Part shown: piece after piece, positions 1-12,433 of the stretch
Position numbering within the stretch: position 1 is the first letter of the stretch
Layout: every line of letters starts with the position of its first letter
Source: Octopus sinensis
Lineage: Eukaryota
Assembly (NCBI RefSeq): GCF_006345805.1
Contig: NC_043013.1
Coordinates: forward strand, 37,448,001 to 37,512,000
Direction: 5' to 3'
DNA length: 64,000 nucleotides
Position numbers and translations under genes: made by a program
Notes under the pieces: model-generated
The model's input: only the letters and a program-made list of their open reading frames with translations
Databases searched by the model: none
What the model was told of the DNA's origin: nothing

Positions 1-408
1 TCCTAAATCCTTGTTTTGAAATCGTTGACTTTTCTCTAAATGAGAATGAAATAGTATTTGGTAGGCACCAGAAGCGAAATGCACGTTCAGTGGTGTTGAT
101 GGTGGGGTAGGCGCGTTCTACCCAATTTCTTCTAGTCTCATCAATTGCCAATTACTTACATCGGAGATGCAAAAGAAAAGATGAATTAATTTATTATAGT
201 ATTAATTGAATGACATTTTGGAATTTTGTTTTAAAAATCTTGAAATCATTTGGTTTGTTATAATTTTCCACTTTACTCTGATAAACAAATGCGATCGATC
301 ACATGCTCGAAGATTTTTCTATCAATTTCCATAAAATGTAGTGAACTAAAAGATGAACGATTTATTAACTATTGTAAAATCTGTGAGAATATATTTTGTG
401 ACACTGAA

Positions 409-620
409 GGCGGCGAACCGGCAGAAATATTAGCATACGGTGCAAAATACTTAGTGTCATTTCGTCTGACTTTACATTCTGAGATGAATTTCCGTCGAAG
501 TCGACTTTACCTTTAACCTTTCCGGGTCCGATTAAATAAGTAGAAGTCGAACACTGTGATCGGTGACTTACCCCCACCTCAAAAATACTGGCTTTGTGCT
601 AAAATTTCAAGCCAATATAT
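409..620 (+). mobile_element. tRNA-derived SINE, family B, degraded
   Basis: Head ggcggcgaaccggcagaaatattagca is homologous to the copies at 14420, 38371 and 40960; a more decayed copy follows at ~683-875. Confidence 0.75.
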
Positions 621-1809
621 TTTGTTACTGCTATTCTGCCATTAAGCACCCGAAGTAGTAACGTGTTGTATTATAGAAACATCCCGCTGGTCGAAACACT
701 TAGTGGAATTTCGTCCGTTTTTATGTTCTGAGATAAAAAATAAATTCACTGTGATTAAGTTTGCCTTTCATCATTTGGAAATCGATAATATTTTTATTGA
801 ACACTGGTGTCGATGTAATTGATTTACCCCAATTCCAAAATTCCTGGCCTTACACCAAAATTTGAAACCGATACCTTCTGCAGCAACAAAGGTTCTCGCG
901 AAATATTTGTAGTTCATCTGCCGTAGTTTTTCTTTGGTTGCAAGAATTTAACGTTATTTTGTTTTCCACATATTAATACACACAACACACAAACACACAC
1001 ACACACACACGCACACACACACACGCGCGCGCACACAACACACACAAGTCCGAACGCACGCACGTAATACTACAAGAATTCAAGAAAATGTATCTGTGTT
1101 GAAATATGTTTATGATTTAATCGTCGAGGATTTAGTGTTTGAATAACAAACTTTCAAGATTTTCGAACGAAGCAACAGATGAATACACATGGCCACACAC
1201 TAAGACTTCTATGTTTCCATGTGTCACTGTATAGGCATACATATATACACACAAATGTTCATAACGACACTTACACTTCAATAGATTTATGACTTATAAC
1301 CTTAAATTACATGTAAATTATGAAGAGGTAATTACGTAGGCACATTATACGTCTTAGTATATTATTAGTGCGTATATACATATATATGCGTATATACAGA
1401 TGCGTGTGTATTATACGTATAAATTTATGTGTGTATGTGTGGGTGTAATTGCGTATATTTACATATATGTGCATGTTTATTTATATATGAATATCTATAC
1501 GTACGTGTGTTCATGTATGATTCTCTGCATGCATGTATGTATATACCGAATGAGAGACATAGGATTCTGTATGGAGAGAGAGAGAGAGAAGGAGAGGGAG
1601 GAGCGTCACTGTTAGTGAGAGAGAAGGAGTTACAAAGAGTAGGAGGTGAAGAATTGTAGGAGGGTATTATAGACTTGGAGTATCGGGTTGAAACAGAACT
1701 CCGATCGACAACTAATAGAATGTATTTTATGAACAAATATTAATGTTTTTCTCATTAAGTACACATTCATGTGATCTAAATAGAATGGTTTATAATATGA
1801 AATATATAT

Positions 1810-1843
<34 letters not shown>

Positions 1844-1920
1844 GATATATATTATATATACATACATACATATGTGTGTGCATGAGAGGGAGGAAGTAAC
1901 ATAGGAAGAGAGAGAGAGAG

Positions 1921-1961
<41 letters not shown>

Positions 1962-1962
1962 C

Positions 1963-2015
<53 letters not shown>

Positions 2016-2022
2016 CGGATGA
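1921..2022. repeat. (GAT)n microsatellite following (TA)n/(GA)n arrays
   Basis: Direct inspection; source of the poly-Met and poly-Ile ORFs. Confidence 0.95.
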
Positions 2023-2689
2023 TGACGAGCGTGAAAGAGGAAGAAAAAATACGAAAACGAATCGGCAAAGTGAAACTTATATTCTCAGCTTGCGACGTTT
2101 CGACTTAAAATGAATAAAATATACGTAATATAAGACAAACAAATAATCCATATAGTTGGGTTGTGAAAACCTTTGCTGGCCTTAAGAGTCTCCCGGAAGG
2201 CCTGTCTGGTGGACCAACATCCTGCGTTCTTTTACAGGGCTTAGAGAAACGAAAGAACTACTACAATAAGTGTGTGAATTTTAGAAGGGAATATGTTGAA
2301 TCAAAGCGTAATTAATTGATCCTCCTGAATTTCTCGTTAATCAAAGCCAAAACCGTTTCACCAACCCCTCGTGTATGTATAAATATAAGCATATATGTGT
2401 ATATATAAACATACATACGTATATATATATTATATATATATATATTATACATTATATATATATATATATGAGATCGTTGTAGTCCGTTTGAAGCATTGTA
2501 GTGCATTCATATTATGTCATCGTAGGTAAGTTTTAAAAAATATTTGTATATACATAGCTTTCGTTACTTTAAATTTTCAGCGTTTGGTTTGGCAGCAGAA
2601 GCAGCAGCAAGTCTTTAGCTGTTGATCGTGGTCGTTTGTTCATACGGGAAAATGATGGTGGTGTCCGTCATGATGTTGGTTGTAGTTGA

Positions 2690-2900
2690 AGGCGCCATAG
2701 TCCCATCTCCGATCGACTACTAATTGTGCGGGCTGATGCGGTAGATCAATATAGCTTCTTTGATACGAAGATTTCCTGCATGTCTCTCCGAGATTTGTAT
2801 GCAGGCGTCTATCATTTGGTGGAGTTGCTGCATTTGATTAAGAGTTTGCAGGAAGAAAAGGTATTATAAGAGATTCAGTGCTCTAGATGCCATTACACTT
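2690..2900 (-). pseudogene. Possible decayed GIY-YIG C-terminus of a Penelope-like element
   Basis: Minus-strand peptide GNLRIKEAILIYRISPHN resembles the R..KEA..I....P..N end of PLE endonucleases; short and weak match. Confidence 0.3.
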
Positions 2901-2984
2901 ACATCTGTAGCGCGGTCCGATGAATCCATGACCACAGGAAATAGTTCCTCACTAACAACACGTCTTTCTTGAAGATCCGTGATC

Positions 2985-4017
2985 ATAAAACTTCTGGTTT
3001 TATCAGCCAAAAAATGATGCAAGTGTAATTTCAGGTCATTATTATTATTGAAAGTTTTACCATTCAATGAATTTTGCAAACTTCGAAATAAATAGTAATC
3101 TGATGGAGCAAGTTCGGGGCTATATGGTGGATGTTACATCACTTTCCAACCAGGCTCCAATAATTTTTCATAAGTTAGCAAAACGTCTGTGGTCTAACGT
3201 TTTTCGTTCATTGCTTCCTCCAGTTTCATTAGTCGTTGACAGTAAACATGTGAATGGTTCATTTGGTTCCTTGGAAGCAGCTCAAACTATACCAACATCT
3301 TTGTAATCCCACCAAATTGACAGCATTACATTTTTTTATGCATTTCAGTTTCCGATGTGGATCGTGCTGGTTCATTACATTTTGAGCACGATTCGTTTCA
3401 AAACAAGATCTGTTTCATTGCGTTTGAGATGCATATCGCAAATATTGATGCTTTGTGTAAGAGAATTCTTTTTCAATTTATATGGAACCAAAATATCGAG
3501 CTTCTAAACGAGTCTAAGATATTTAAGTGATTTTAAATTAGTGTTTGTGATATATTTAACCTCTGCAATCTCTTGCATAGTTATATGACAAAATGAGATT
3601 TAATTATGGATTTGATTCGGTCACCATTAACTTCAGTAGATCGACCAGAACGTTGGCCATCTTTGAGTCAGCTATCCCCAGAACGGAATTAAAAAAATAA
3701 CATTTATGACATGTGCCTTCTGTTAAGTAACTAACACCATAAACCTCACATATCTCTTCGTGAGTGTCAACAGCTTTCTTGCCTTTACAGAAATAGTAAA
3801 GCAAAATATGGGGAAAATTTTGCTTTCGCACTCCATTTTAAAATTGACACTGTACTAATAGCTGTAAACAAAATTACACGCAGCATGTTTCTAAAGTAAG
3901 CTAAAGGGAATGGCTATCAAATGTCGAAAGTAAAAAAATCATAACATTGACGAAAGTAATTAAAAAAAGACGTTGCTCTATTTGCAACAAGGGAAATTAC
4001 TTTCTTGTCAAATCCAT
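2985..4017 (-). mobile_element. mariner (mellifera-like) transposon remnant with 5' TIR, internally deleted and 3'-truncated
   Basis: N-terminus KQNFPHILLYYFCKGKKAVDTHEEICEVYG; LSIWWDYK; HPPYSPELAPSDYYLFRSLQNSLNGKTF motif; TIR-like aattactttcttgtcaaatcca at ~3995-4017 next to TA. Confidence 0.9.
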
Positions 4018-4560
4018 ATATATATATATACAATTTTTTTTCGGATTCTTTCTTTAATATGCTAGACCACTGGTTCTAATTGATAAATATCAATTTTTAC
4101 CCTAAATTTAATTTTATAAATATTTGTTCTCTAACCGATAAATTAACCGCTGCTAACTATTAGCTGCAGGCTAGTTTTCTCGGGTCTCATCGCGCCAAGA
4201 GTAAAGGCATTTGAAATATATATTTCAAATGTATAGGCCGGACTCCATGCACGCGATATTTTGGTGTCGTGTTGGCATTTAGTCAGCAAATACATTTATA
4301 TGGGACCATGCTGATGATGCTGCACTTTTCCTTGCGGAAAATAACAGCTGAAACTAAATTTAGTACATGGGTAAATATTTATTTCGTATATTTTTCACTT
4401 GTTTATTGCTTTGGTTTTGAGTTTGATCTGAGAAGAAAATTTTTGTGGAGAATGGCGATTTGACGTCTATATCTAGCATGTTGACTGTCCACTTTTCGTG
4501 TGCAGTCCTTAATTGGTATATATAATATATATAGATATATAATATATATATATATATATA

Positions 4561-4713
4561 ACAACTCGGGCAGTAACTTCTGAGCTCGAGTCAGGCGCGT
4601 ACGAATGATGGGGAGAGAATGCTTCCTCCGAATGATATTTTTTGACATAGAACACCTCTAAGACGACCGCCAGACGCTGAACAACAATAAATGAACTGAA
4701 ATATGTATATATA

Positions 4714-4758
<45 letters not shown>

Positions 4759-5398
4759 GCGACGCCAGGTCATCAGTGTCACTCGGGCTCAACACAGATG
4801 TCCCTCGGGCGCATCTAAGATTTCGCATAAAAGACATGCCTGCTCGAAGAATTTCACCATTTTCCGCAGTCTTTCTAGCTAAAAATAGCTTATATTTTAT
4901 ATCTTGTACTATTTCTTCTCCACTTCTAACTTAAGCGTAAAAATAAAGCCCACCTACAAAACAACTTATCTTTACACACAGGCTCATAGAATAACAGCAG
5001 TCAAATAACCACAGCTGAGTGCACAACAAACAGCGACCTGTCATCTGTACACTTGACAAGAGATGCCAGTTAATCTTTTACACCTGCAAAGCTCCTTTGT
5101 ATTAGCCCTAATGGCCGGATATTTTTTCGTTCATTTAAGAATATTGTAGATGGAAACTTTTCATATATTGGAATTTAAATCCTAATCTCTATAGAAATTA
5201 ACTGTTTCAAGAAAACATTAAATTTGAATTAATTTTAATTCTTATGATTATAGCCAACAATTCGAGCAGTAATTTCTGAGCTCGAGTCAGGCACGTATAA
5301 ACGATGTCGAGAGAATGCCTGCTACGAATGATATTTTTTTGACATAGAGCACCTCTAAGACGACCGCCAGACGCAGAAGATAATAAATGAAATGCGAG
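4561..5398. repeat. Pair of ~140-bp diverged direct repeats (4561-4700, 5258-5398)
   Basis: Shared ctgagctcgagtcagg ... gatattttttgacatag ... cctctaagacgaccgccagacg. Confidence 0.85.
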
Positions 5399-5538
5399 CA
5401 GGCTCAAGAGAAGGAGCCCGAATTATTAGATGCAATTACATATGTTGGAGCCAGTGTTGGTAGAAATGAAATCAGCTAGCAAATACACGTAACTTTATAA
5501 AATCATGCTCGGGTTGAGTCACCATGATTTATATAGAT

Positions 5539-5634
<96 letters not shown>

Positions 5635-6154
5635 ATGGAATGGATGTATTTCGTTTTTAGGTTTGGTTTGCAAGATTCTTTCTGCGAGTTCGTGTGTTGA
5701 TGCATCTTTTGTTTGTGTATGAGGAGAGTCATTCTCTTTTAGGAAACAAAGACACACAAACTCACATAAAAACACAGAAACACGAACACACATACACAAA
5801 CACAATAAACATGCATATGCAGAATACATACACATGTACGTACATACATATATACATACACACACATACACATACATGCATACACACACTTACATGCATG
5901 CATACACACATATATAACTACATACACACATACATATATGTTTATGCGCTGACACACTGATCTACACACAGGTGCACAAACAAAGAACGCAGCTCGGATA
6001 AAGGAAAAGGTCAATGACTATTGAAAAGTTTGCAAGAAAATTTTAGAAAAATGATTAAATAAATGAGTGGAAATTTTACCGGTGAATGTGTTAAATAATA
6101 AGGCACTAAAAGAGAATGACTCTCTTCAGACACAACATTATATATATATATATA

Positions 6155-6470
6155 GGCGCGGGAGTGCCTGTCTGGCGAGTAGCTTCCTTGCCAACCACAT
6201 GGTTCCGGGTTCATTTCCACTGCGTGGTACATTGAGTGTCTTCTACTATAGTGTGTGTATTCATTTGTGTCTCTGTGCTTGCCCCCACCTCCAACATCGC
6301 TTGACAACCGAAGGTGGTGTGTTTATGTCTCCCGTAATCTAGCGGTTCGGCAAGAGGGACCGATAGAATAAGTAATAGGCTTACAAAGAATAAGTCCTGG
6401 GGTCCATTTGCTCGACTAAAAGTGGTGCTCCACCATGGCTGCTGTCAAATGACTGAAACAAGTAAAAGAG
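6155..6470 (+). mobile_element. tRNA/CORE-like SINE family A, internally deleted
   Basis: Head ggcgcgggagtg...ggttccgggttca, tail gtcaaatgactgaaacaagtaaaagag shared with full copies. Confidence 0.9.
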
Positions 6471-6482
6471 TATATATATATG

Positions 6483-6538
<56 letters not shown>

Positions 6539-7058
6539 TATATATATATATATATTAGAAAAGGAAAAGAATGGCTTCACATGTAATTCTAATCAATTTG
6601 ATTTCCTAATGATATTATCTTACATTTTGGTTTTTAGATCTAGTATGTTTTTTGTTAACTTCGGTGGAAAGATTTTTTTAAAGATTGCTTGTTAACTTTT
6701 CTGGACAATTTTATCGCATTCGTCGGTGTCGATTGTCAAACTGATCAGAGTCTGAGTTGTTTTGTGCGATTCCGTATCATATATAGAATCACACAACACA
6801 ACCTGAGGTCAGATGACAATCGCCATCGACCAACGTGAGAGAGTTCTCCAGAAAAGTTAACAAAGAATCTTTAAAAAAATCTCTCCATCGAAGTTAATGA
6901 AAAACTTACTAGATCTAGAATCCAAACTGTAAGATTATATTATTAGAAAATTAAATTGAGTACAACTACCTGTGAAGTTATTCTTTTCCTTTCAAATATA
7001 CCTAACTGTACGAATCATTTTACATAGTTTCCATATATAAATACACACACACACACAC

Positions 7059-7149
<91 letters not shown>

Positions 7150-7168
7150 TATATAATTATATATATAT

Positions 7169-7291
7169 ATTTATTATATAGAAGGAGCTTCTACAGGACT
7201 AGAACTATTTCATTCAAGAGAAATCTTCCTGAAGATTTCTCTTGAATGAAACAGTTCTAGTCCTGTAGAAGCTCCTTCTATATAATAAATT
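7169..7291. repeat. Near-perfect 61-bp-arm palindrome in (TA)n context
   Basis: atttattatatagaaggagcttctacaggactag...atcttc CT gaagat...ctagtcctgtagaagctccttctatataataaat. Confidence 0.95.
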
Positions 7292-7356
7292 AATTTTACT
7301 CTGCTATGTATGGAGTACCTTATTTACGTGTGGTAACCCCGAATCAACCCGGGACC

Positions 7357-7398
<42 letters not shown>

Positions 7399-7409
7399 GT
7401 GTGTATATC

Positions 7410-7760
7410 GGAATAAACGCGCTAAGCAGTGTTTACGTATGATCACAAGTTTGGTTCGTTAAAATATATTTGTCACATATTTCAACTGCTAACGGCAAAT
7501 ACACTGCAGTTACCGTGAAGAAGAAATCTCACTTATGTTAAAAAGGTGTGAAAACACCCCGTTCGTTCAGTGTCGCCCTCTCTCGGGAATCTGAGACATC
7601 GATGTTTCGAGTTTATTGACTCTTGTCGATCAGATGTACCTGAGAGGTAAAATCATTATTATGGTCATTAGGATCGTACATAGAAAAGGACATTACAAGA
7701 ACAAATGCAGAAATGTTAAATGAGTTCGAATGTGCTTATGTAAAAAATGAACTTAAAAAA
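7410..7760 (+). repeat. Unclassified ~330-bp repeat family (copy 1)
   Basis: gcgctaagcagtgtttacg, aaaaggtgtgaaaacaccc and gtacctgaga recur at 8640-8830 and 21975-22480. Confidence 0.8.
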
Positions 7761-7799
7761 ATATATTTTATAGAAACGATTAACTTTTTTACCTTTAAC

Positions 7800-8630
7800 T
7801 GGAACTTTTTTTTTTATTTTAAACAAAAACAAAGAAAGAAAAAATAAATGTTCAAAAGATCAAACCCGGCATCCTATAAGGCCCAGCAACTAGCTTTTCC
7901 TTTCATCGATGATTAAGCTGGGTTACTGAAACTCACCTTTCTCATCATATCCTTCCATCGTTTCTCGTATTCACTCGGTGGCAGGGTCTTCCTCTCCAGC
8001 CCCATCTTGCTCTTCAGATGGTATCTGAAGTAAGACAGCAAACCGGGGCCAGAGATGAAGGACCCTGACAAAAACCTTCCATTCTCGTCTCCAAACACAC
8101 TTTTTAAGTACTGCAACCGTACAGTAAAAACAAGCCTTACCTTCTTTTGAGAGTCCAGTTGGCGGTATCATCTTTATTATAGATCCAGCCGACAGCGGTA
8201 CTCGTCCCAGATGCGACAACACGTGTTCAACGTAACTTCCCAAGCTAGATTGCTCCCAACATTGTACAAAAGCATTCTGAACGGTTTCATCGTCCAGCCC
8301 ACATCTTGGACATGTCGGTGGCACTGACAAACCGTGCCTGGATAACTTATCGCGAAGAGGTAATGCATTACTGTATCACTGCCAGGTCAGGGATTTTTGG
8401 AAGTTGTCCAAATACCCCAGCCTGAAATTTTTTTTGAACAGGCTGGCAATTTGGTTCTCATCGAACTCCAGAGCCCCTCCTAGAACGTCATCGTTTTTAG
8501 ACTCCACCAACCCTCTATAGAACACCGGGGTGGTATTCCCAATGCCGGCCTTGCCCCTCTTGTGGATCAGCCAGAGTGCCTGACAGCATTCCTGCCATAA
8601 AGTCAGATTACGTATTTTAATGAAACCGGG
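7800..8630 (-). mobile_element. Tx1/L1-clade LINE 3' fragment with zf-RVT region, 3' UTR and poly(A)
   Basis: Frameshifted peptides ECCQALWLIHKRG...FQKSLTWQ and TCPRCGLDDETVQNAFVQC (CxxC...ET..H..xxC), then VAVLKKCVW; T-run at ~7806-7820 equals a minus-strand poly(A). Confidence 0.85.
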
Positions 8631-8639
8631 TTTAAATCT

Positions 8640-8830
8640 CTTAGATGTACCTGAGATGTGCAACCCTGAACGAACTGACAAAGCTTATATCTTCATTCAG
8701 CCAACACATTGACTGATTTGCGCTAATAGATCGCCCGATCGAGAAAAATATCGGAGTAAATGCGCTAAGCAGTGTTTACGTATAATCACAATTTAGGTTA
8801 GTTGAAATATGTTTGTCTCACTTCCAAGCA
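8640..8830 (+). repeat. Unclassified ~330-bp repeat family (copy 2, spans unit junction)
   Basis: gatgtacctgaga...gatttgcgct...gatcgcccgatcg runs directly into gcgctaagcagtgtttacg. Confidence 0.8.
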
Positions 8831-8847
8831 TTCGTCGTGTGTGGATT

Positions 8848-9133
8848 TAAAATTGAAGAAATTTGAGTCAACAAGGAGTACGGTTGGACAGCTACGTTTT
8901 AATCTCTACAATTGTTTCGACGCACCGTATTTCTCCAGGAATACAGGTATTTGATTATGCAACTACTTGCTTGCATAAGGAGATCTATGTGATATGCTAA
9001 CAGTAACAACACTCACACAGATGCATCATCAACTACAACGCAGTTCATGGAGAACTACGTTGCGTCGAAGCAATTGTAACGATTAAAAAATAACTGTCCA
9101 ACCGTACGTCTTCCTGTTGACTTTAGCTTCTTC

Positions 9134-9140
<7 letters not shown>
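8848..9140. repeat. Inverted-repeat element (~90-bp arms) carrying degenerate hammerhead-like motifs
   Basis: Arms 8848-8938 and 9043-9140; minus strand CTGGAGA-stem-GAAAC-AATT-GTA, plus strand ATGGAGA-stem-GAAGC-AATT-GTA. Confidence 0.75.
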
Positions 9141-9188
<48 letters not shown>

Positions 9189-10174
9189 AATGAATTTCAA
9201 AATATACAATCTTATTGGCATCTGAACGGCTGCGGCATTTAGAAATTCTGTGATGAATATGTACACGAAAACAGTGGTATAGTTTGTTCTACTTATAGTG
9301 GCTTAAACCAATTTTGAGATATCTGGTAAACCATAAGTAATGTTTCAATTTCTTCTGCAACTGTTTACTTTTCTTCTTTGCAAATTGTATCAACTAATTT
9401 TCTTTGTTACCACAATACTGAAAGATATAAAACTTTTCATTTAAATTTTAGAGACATCTAATAATCATGATTAGATTTCTACTGAAATGCCATCTCTCAT
9501 AAAAAATTACGCTCCCTTTCACTTCCTCATCTTCATCGCACGCTACCCTCGCTTCTCGGTCATTTTCACCGATTTTGTGTTTCTCTTTCTCGGTCTCTCT
9601 ATCAATCTCTGCCTTAAGTTTTCTACCCCACCTAGACATCACCCTAAACCTGATGCATTTACTCTCATAATCAAGCATGCACACACATACAAACACTCAC
9701 ACGCACATACATATATACACACACAAGGGCACACGCGTATATACAGCCACATATATAAATACATACAAATATATTTTCTATATTCGTAAACTCAAGAAAT
9801 TCGATGCATTTCTATGTCTTCATATGACAACTGCATTACAATGATTAGCTAATTATCACTTCGATAGTAACTAAGATGATATTTATTGTGTATATAATAT
9901 CCCCATTTTGATCATAAAGATAGTGATAATAAGAGTGTAGTGGAAATCGAATGATCACATTAATCATGCTTCATTATAAAGACGTTGGCGACAATATAAC
10001 ACTGGAAACATTATGGCGGACAAAAAGAAATAATGGCATCTGTATAGTAATATTTTCAGCGTAAACTTTAGATAACGATTTCCAAATTAGCAAGAAAATT
10101 CGCGTTCAAGAAACTCTTGGAAAATATTGTAGCATGTTGTAAACTTTAATCTGAACAGTCTTGGCTGGCACAAC

Positions 10175-10558
10175 GGGCTTGGCTGTGTGGTGCACTCTTT
10201 GCTATCGCAACCATATACTTCCAGGTTCGGTCTCACAGCGTGACAACTTCAATATGTGTTTTCTATTGTAAATTTGGTAGGTGGAAACTGAAAGAACCCT
10301 GATCTATGCATTGTGTGTGTGAATGTGTATGTGTCTTTGTATCTGCGTTTCCCCACCACCTCAACCACCACCACTACCACCACGTGGCAACCGATACGGG
10401 CGTGTTTAAGTCACCGCAACGTAGGGCTTCAGCAAAAGAAAGTGATCGAATGAATAACAGGGTTAAAGAACATAAGTTGTGGGGGCGATTCGTTCGACTA
10501 AAATTATTGCCCCAGCATGACCGCAGTCAAATAACTGAAACACAAGTAAAAGATAAAA
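10175..10558 (+). mobile_element. SINE family A, diverged full-length
   Basis: ggcttggctgtgtggt head, internal (GT)/(CAC) tract, gcagtcaaataactgaaacacaagtaaaaga tail. Confidence 0.8.
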
Positions 10559-10611
10559 GTTCTCATGAGTCTTCTGATATTCTTCCTTTGTACACCTATA
10601 CATACATAATT

Positions 10612-10643
<32 letters not shown>

Positions 10644-10693
10644 GTATGTATGTATGTATGTGTGTATGTATGTATGCATGTATATATGTATGA

Positions 10694-10739
<46 letters not shown>

Positions 10740-11538
10740 GTACGTGTCTGTATATATGCGTGTATGTATTATGTATGTATGGGGGCGCGCGCGCGCGTGT
10801 GTGTGTGTGCGTTTCTGTCTATGTGTCTGTTATCATAATAAGAGCCACAAATCTTGTGAAATACAGCTACCCAAGTTTTCCTGGACGAAAATTAATTACT
10901 TCGCAGTTTATCAAGCTGTTAGAAACAACAACGAGTTTTGTTAACTGCGTCCGATGCAATTGACTTTATAATGAAAAGACGCATTTAGGAAAAGAGAGCG
11001 GAGAACACAGGGGAGATAATTAAATTCACAGTAAATATAACCAGTGCCTTGCGAATATCCAAATAAAAAATAGTCCCTAACATTGGGATGGTTTCTGATG
11101 TGCCCGGTGGTCTTTCATCCCGTAGCTTACAACTAAAGATGGGAGCCAGTCCGAATTTTTTTAACACACTTGGAATTTGAAGGTGCAAGAGAAATGTGAA
11201 GACAGCTTAGGCGTCCATACAAACATATCGACGAACGCAACCCACCCTCATTCGAGTAAGAATGGTTTGTAGCGGATGGAGCGGTTCAGAATCTCTAAGA
11301 ATCTTTCTTGTATAATTCATTCATTAAAATATGCTGTGCTTTGTAAGAAACTTACCAGAAATTGTTGTCAGACTTCAAGAAAATATTTGCGGCATGCAAG
11401 TCAGAAGTCAGAAATAATTAAATCCAATTATAACATCTGATTAAGTTTTCCTGTTAATTTAGTAAGTTAGTTAAGTTAAGTATGACGGCATAGCTGCTTA
11501 TTTGCTAAAAATGTAAGTACTTTGTTACAATATATATG

Positions 11539-11578
<40 letters not shown>

Positions 11579-11582
11579 ATAT

Positions 11583-11613
<31 letters not shown>

Positions 11614-11743
11614 TATATTAAATTAGAGATAAAACCACTATTAGGCAAATCATACGATGAAAAACTTAAGCCAATACATAAGATTAATTAATTTATATTA
11701 TGTAAATATATATCAAAATTATTAAAAAAGATAATTAATATAA

Positions 11744-11806
11744 CACTACGTTCGTTTCATGGCTGTCCAATTCTTAAAATTTCGAGTTACAGTCATTCTT
11801 CAGGTG
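11744..11806 (-). ncRNA. Minimal type I hammerhead ribozyme motif
   Basis: Minus strand: cac-CUGAAGA-augacugu...acagccau-GAAAC-GAAC-GUA-gug; stem I cac/gug, stem II 7/8 bp. Confidence 0.7.
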
Positions 11807-11921
11807 GTTTAAATATTTAACTTGGCGAGGTTTAATCAATGAAGTACAATCAATCTGATTTTTCCCTGTAAGTTTGGATTTATTTCCTAATATTTTATTA
11901 TTAATAAATATATATATATTT

Positions 11922-12391
11922 ATAATAATAAGGGTTTTTTGCAACAAGTTGCTTAAACTACATGCCGAAAATTTAAGAAATAGCAGCCAAAAGACTACTA
12001 TTTCCTTTTACTACAAAAATAAGTCTCCACAGACAACTATATTTGTAACTCACATATGGCAAAAAAAAAGAAAAATAATGAAATCACACAGTCTTCGGTG
12101 TGATTTCATTATTGTGTGATTTCATTATTTTTCTTCTTTTTTTTAGCCATATGTAAGTTACAAATATTGTTGTCTGAGGAGACTTATTTTTGTAGTAAAA
12201 GGAAATAGTAGTCTTTGGCGGCTATTTCTAAAATTTTCGGTATGTGGTTTAAGAAACTTGTTGCAAAAAACACTTATTATTATAATTATATAAATTTTTA
12301 CCGATTATGGTCCTTTTCCATATCGAAATACTACTAGGTGAAATTTGTTGATTTTATTAAATTAATTTATATTTCACCCTATATCTGTAAC

Positions 12392-12395
<4 letters not shown>
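11922..12395. mobile_element. Fold-back copy of the 53.6-kb repeat family (arms ~11922-12089 and 12098-12290, plus extension)
   Basis: agggttttttgcaac...aaatagcagcc versus ggcggctatttct...ttgcaaaaaacac; ends in atttcaccc like the 54115-54172 terminus; flanked by (TA)n. Confidence 0.8.

Positions 12396-12431
<36 letters not shown>

Positions 12432-12433
<2 letters not shown>

Noticed and set aside
160-277. Minus-strand segment bounded by AG and GTAAGT
   Set aside because: Stops in all three frames; at most a non-coding exon, which cannot be supported from sequence alone
7632-8656. 14-bp direct repeat agatgtacctgaga as a TSD of the Tx1 fragment
   Set aside because: It lies ~150 bp from the poly(A), and the left repeat copy continues past it; it is better explained as the same motif in two copies of the ~330-bp repeat
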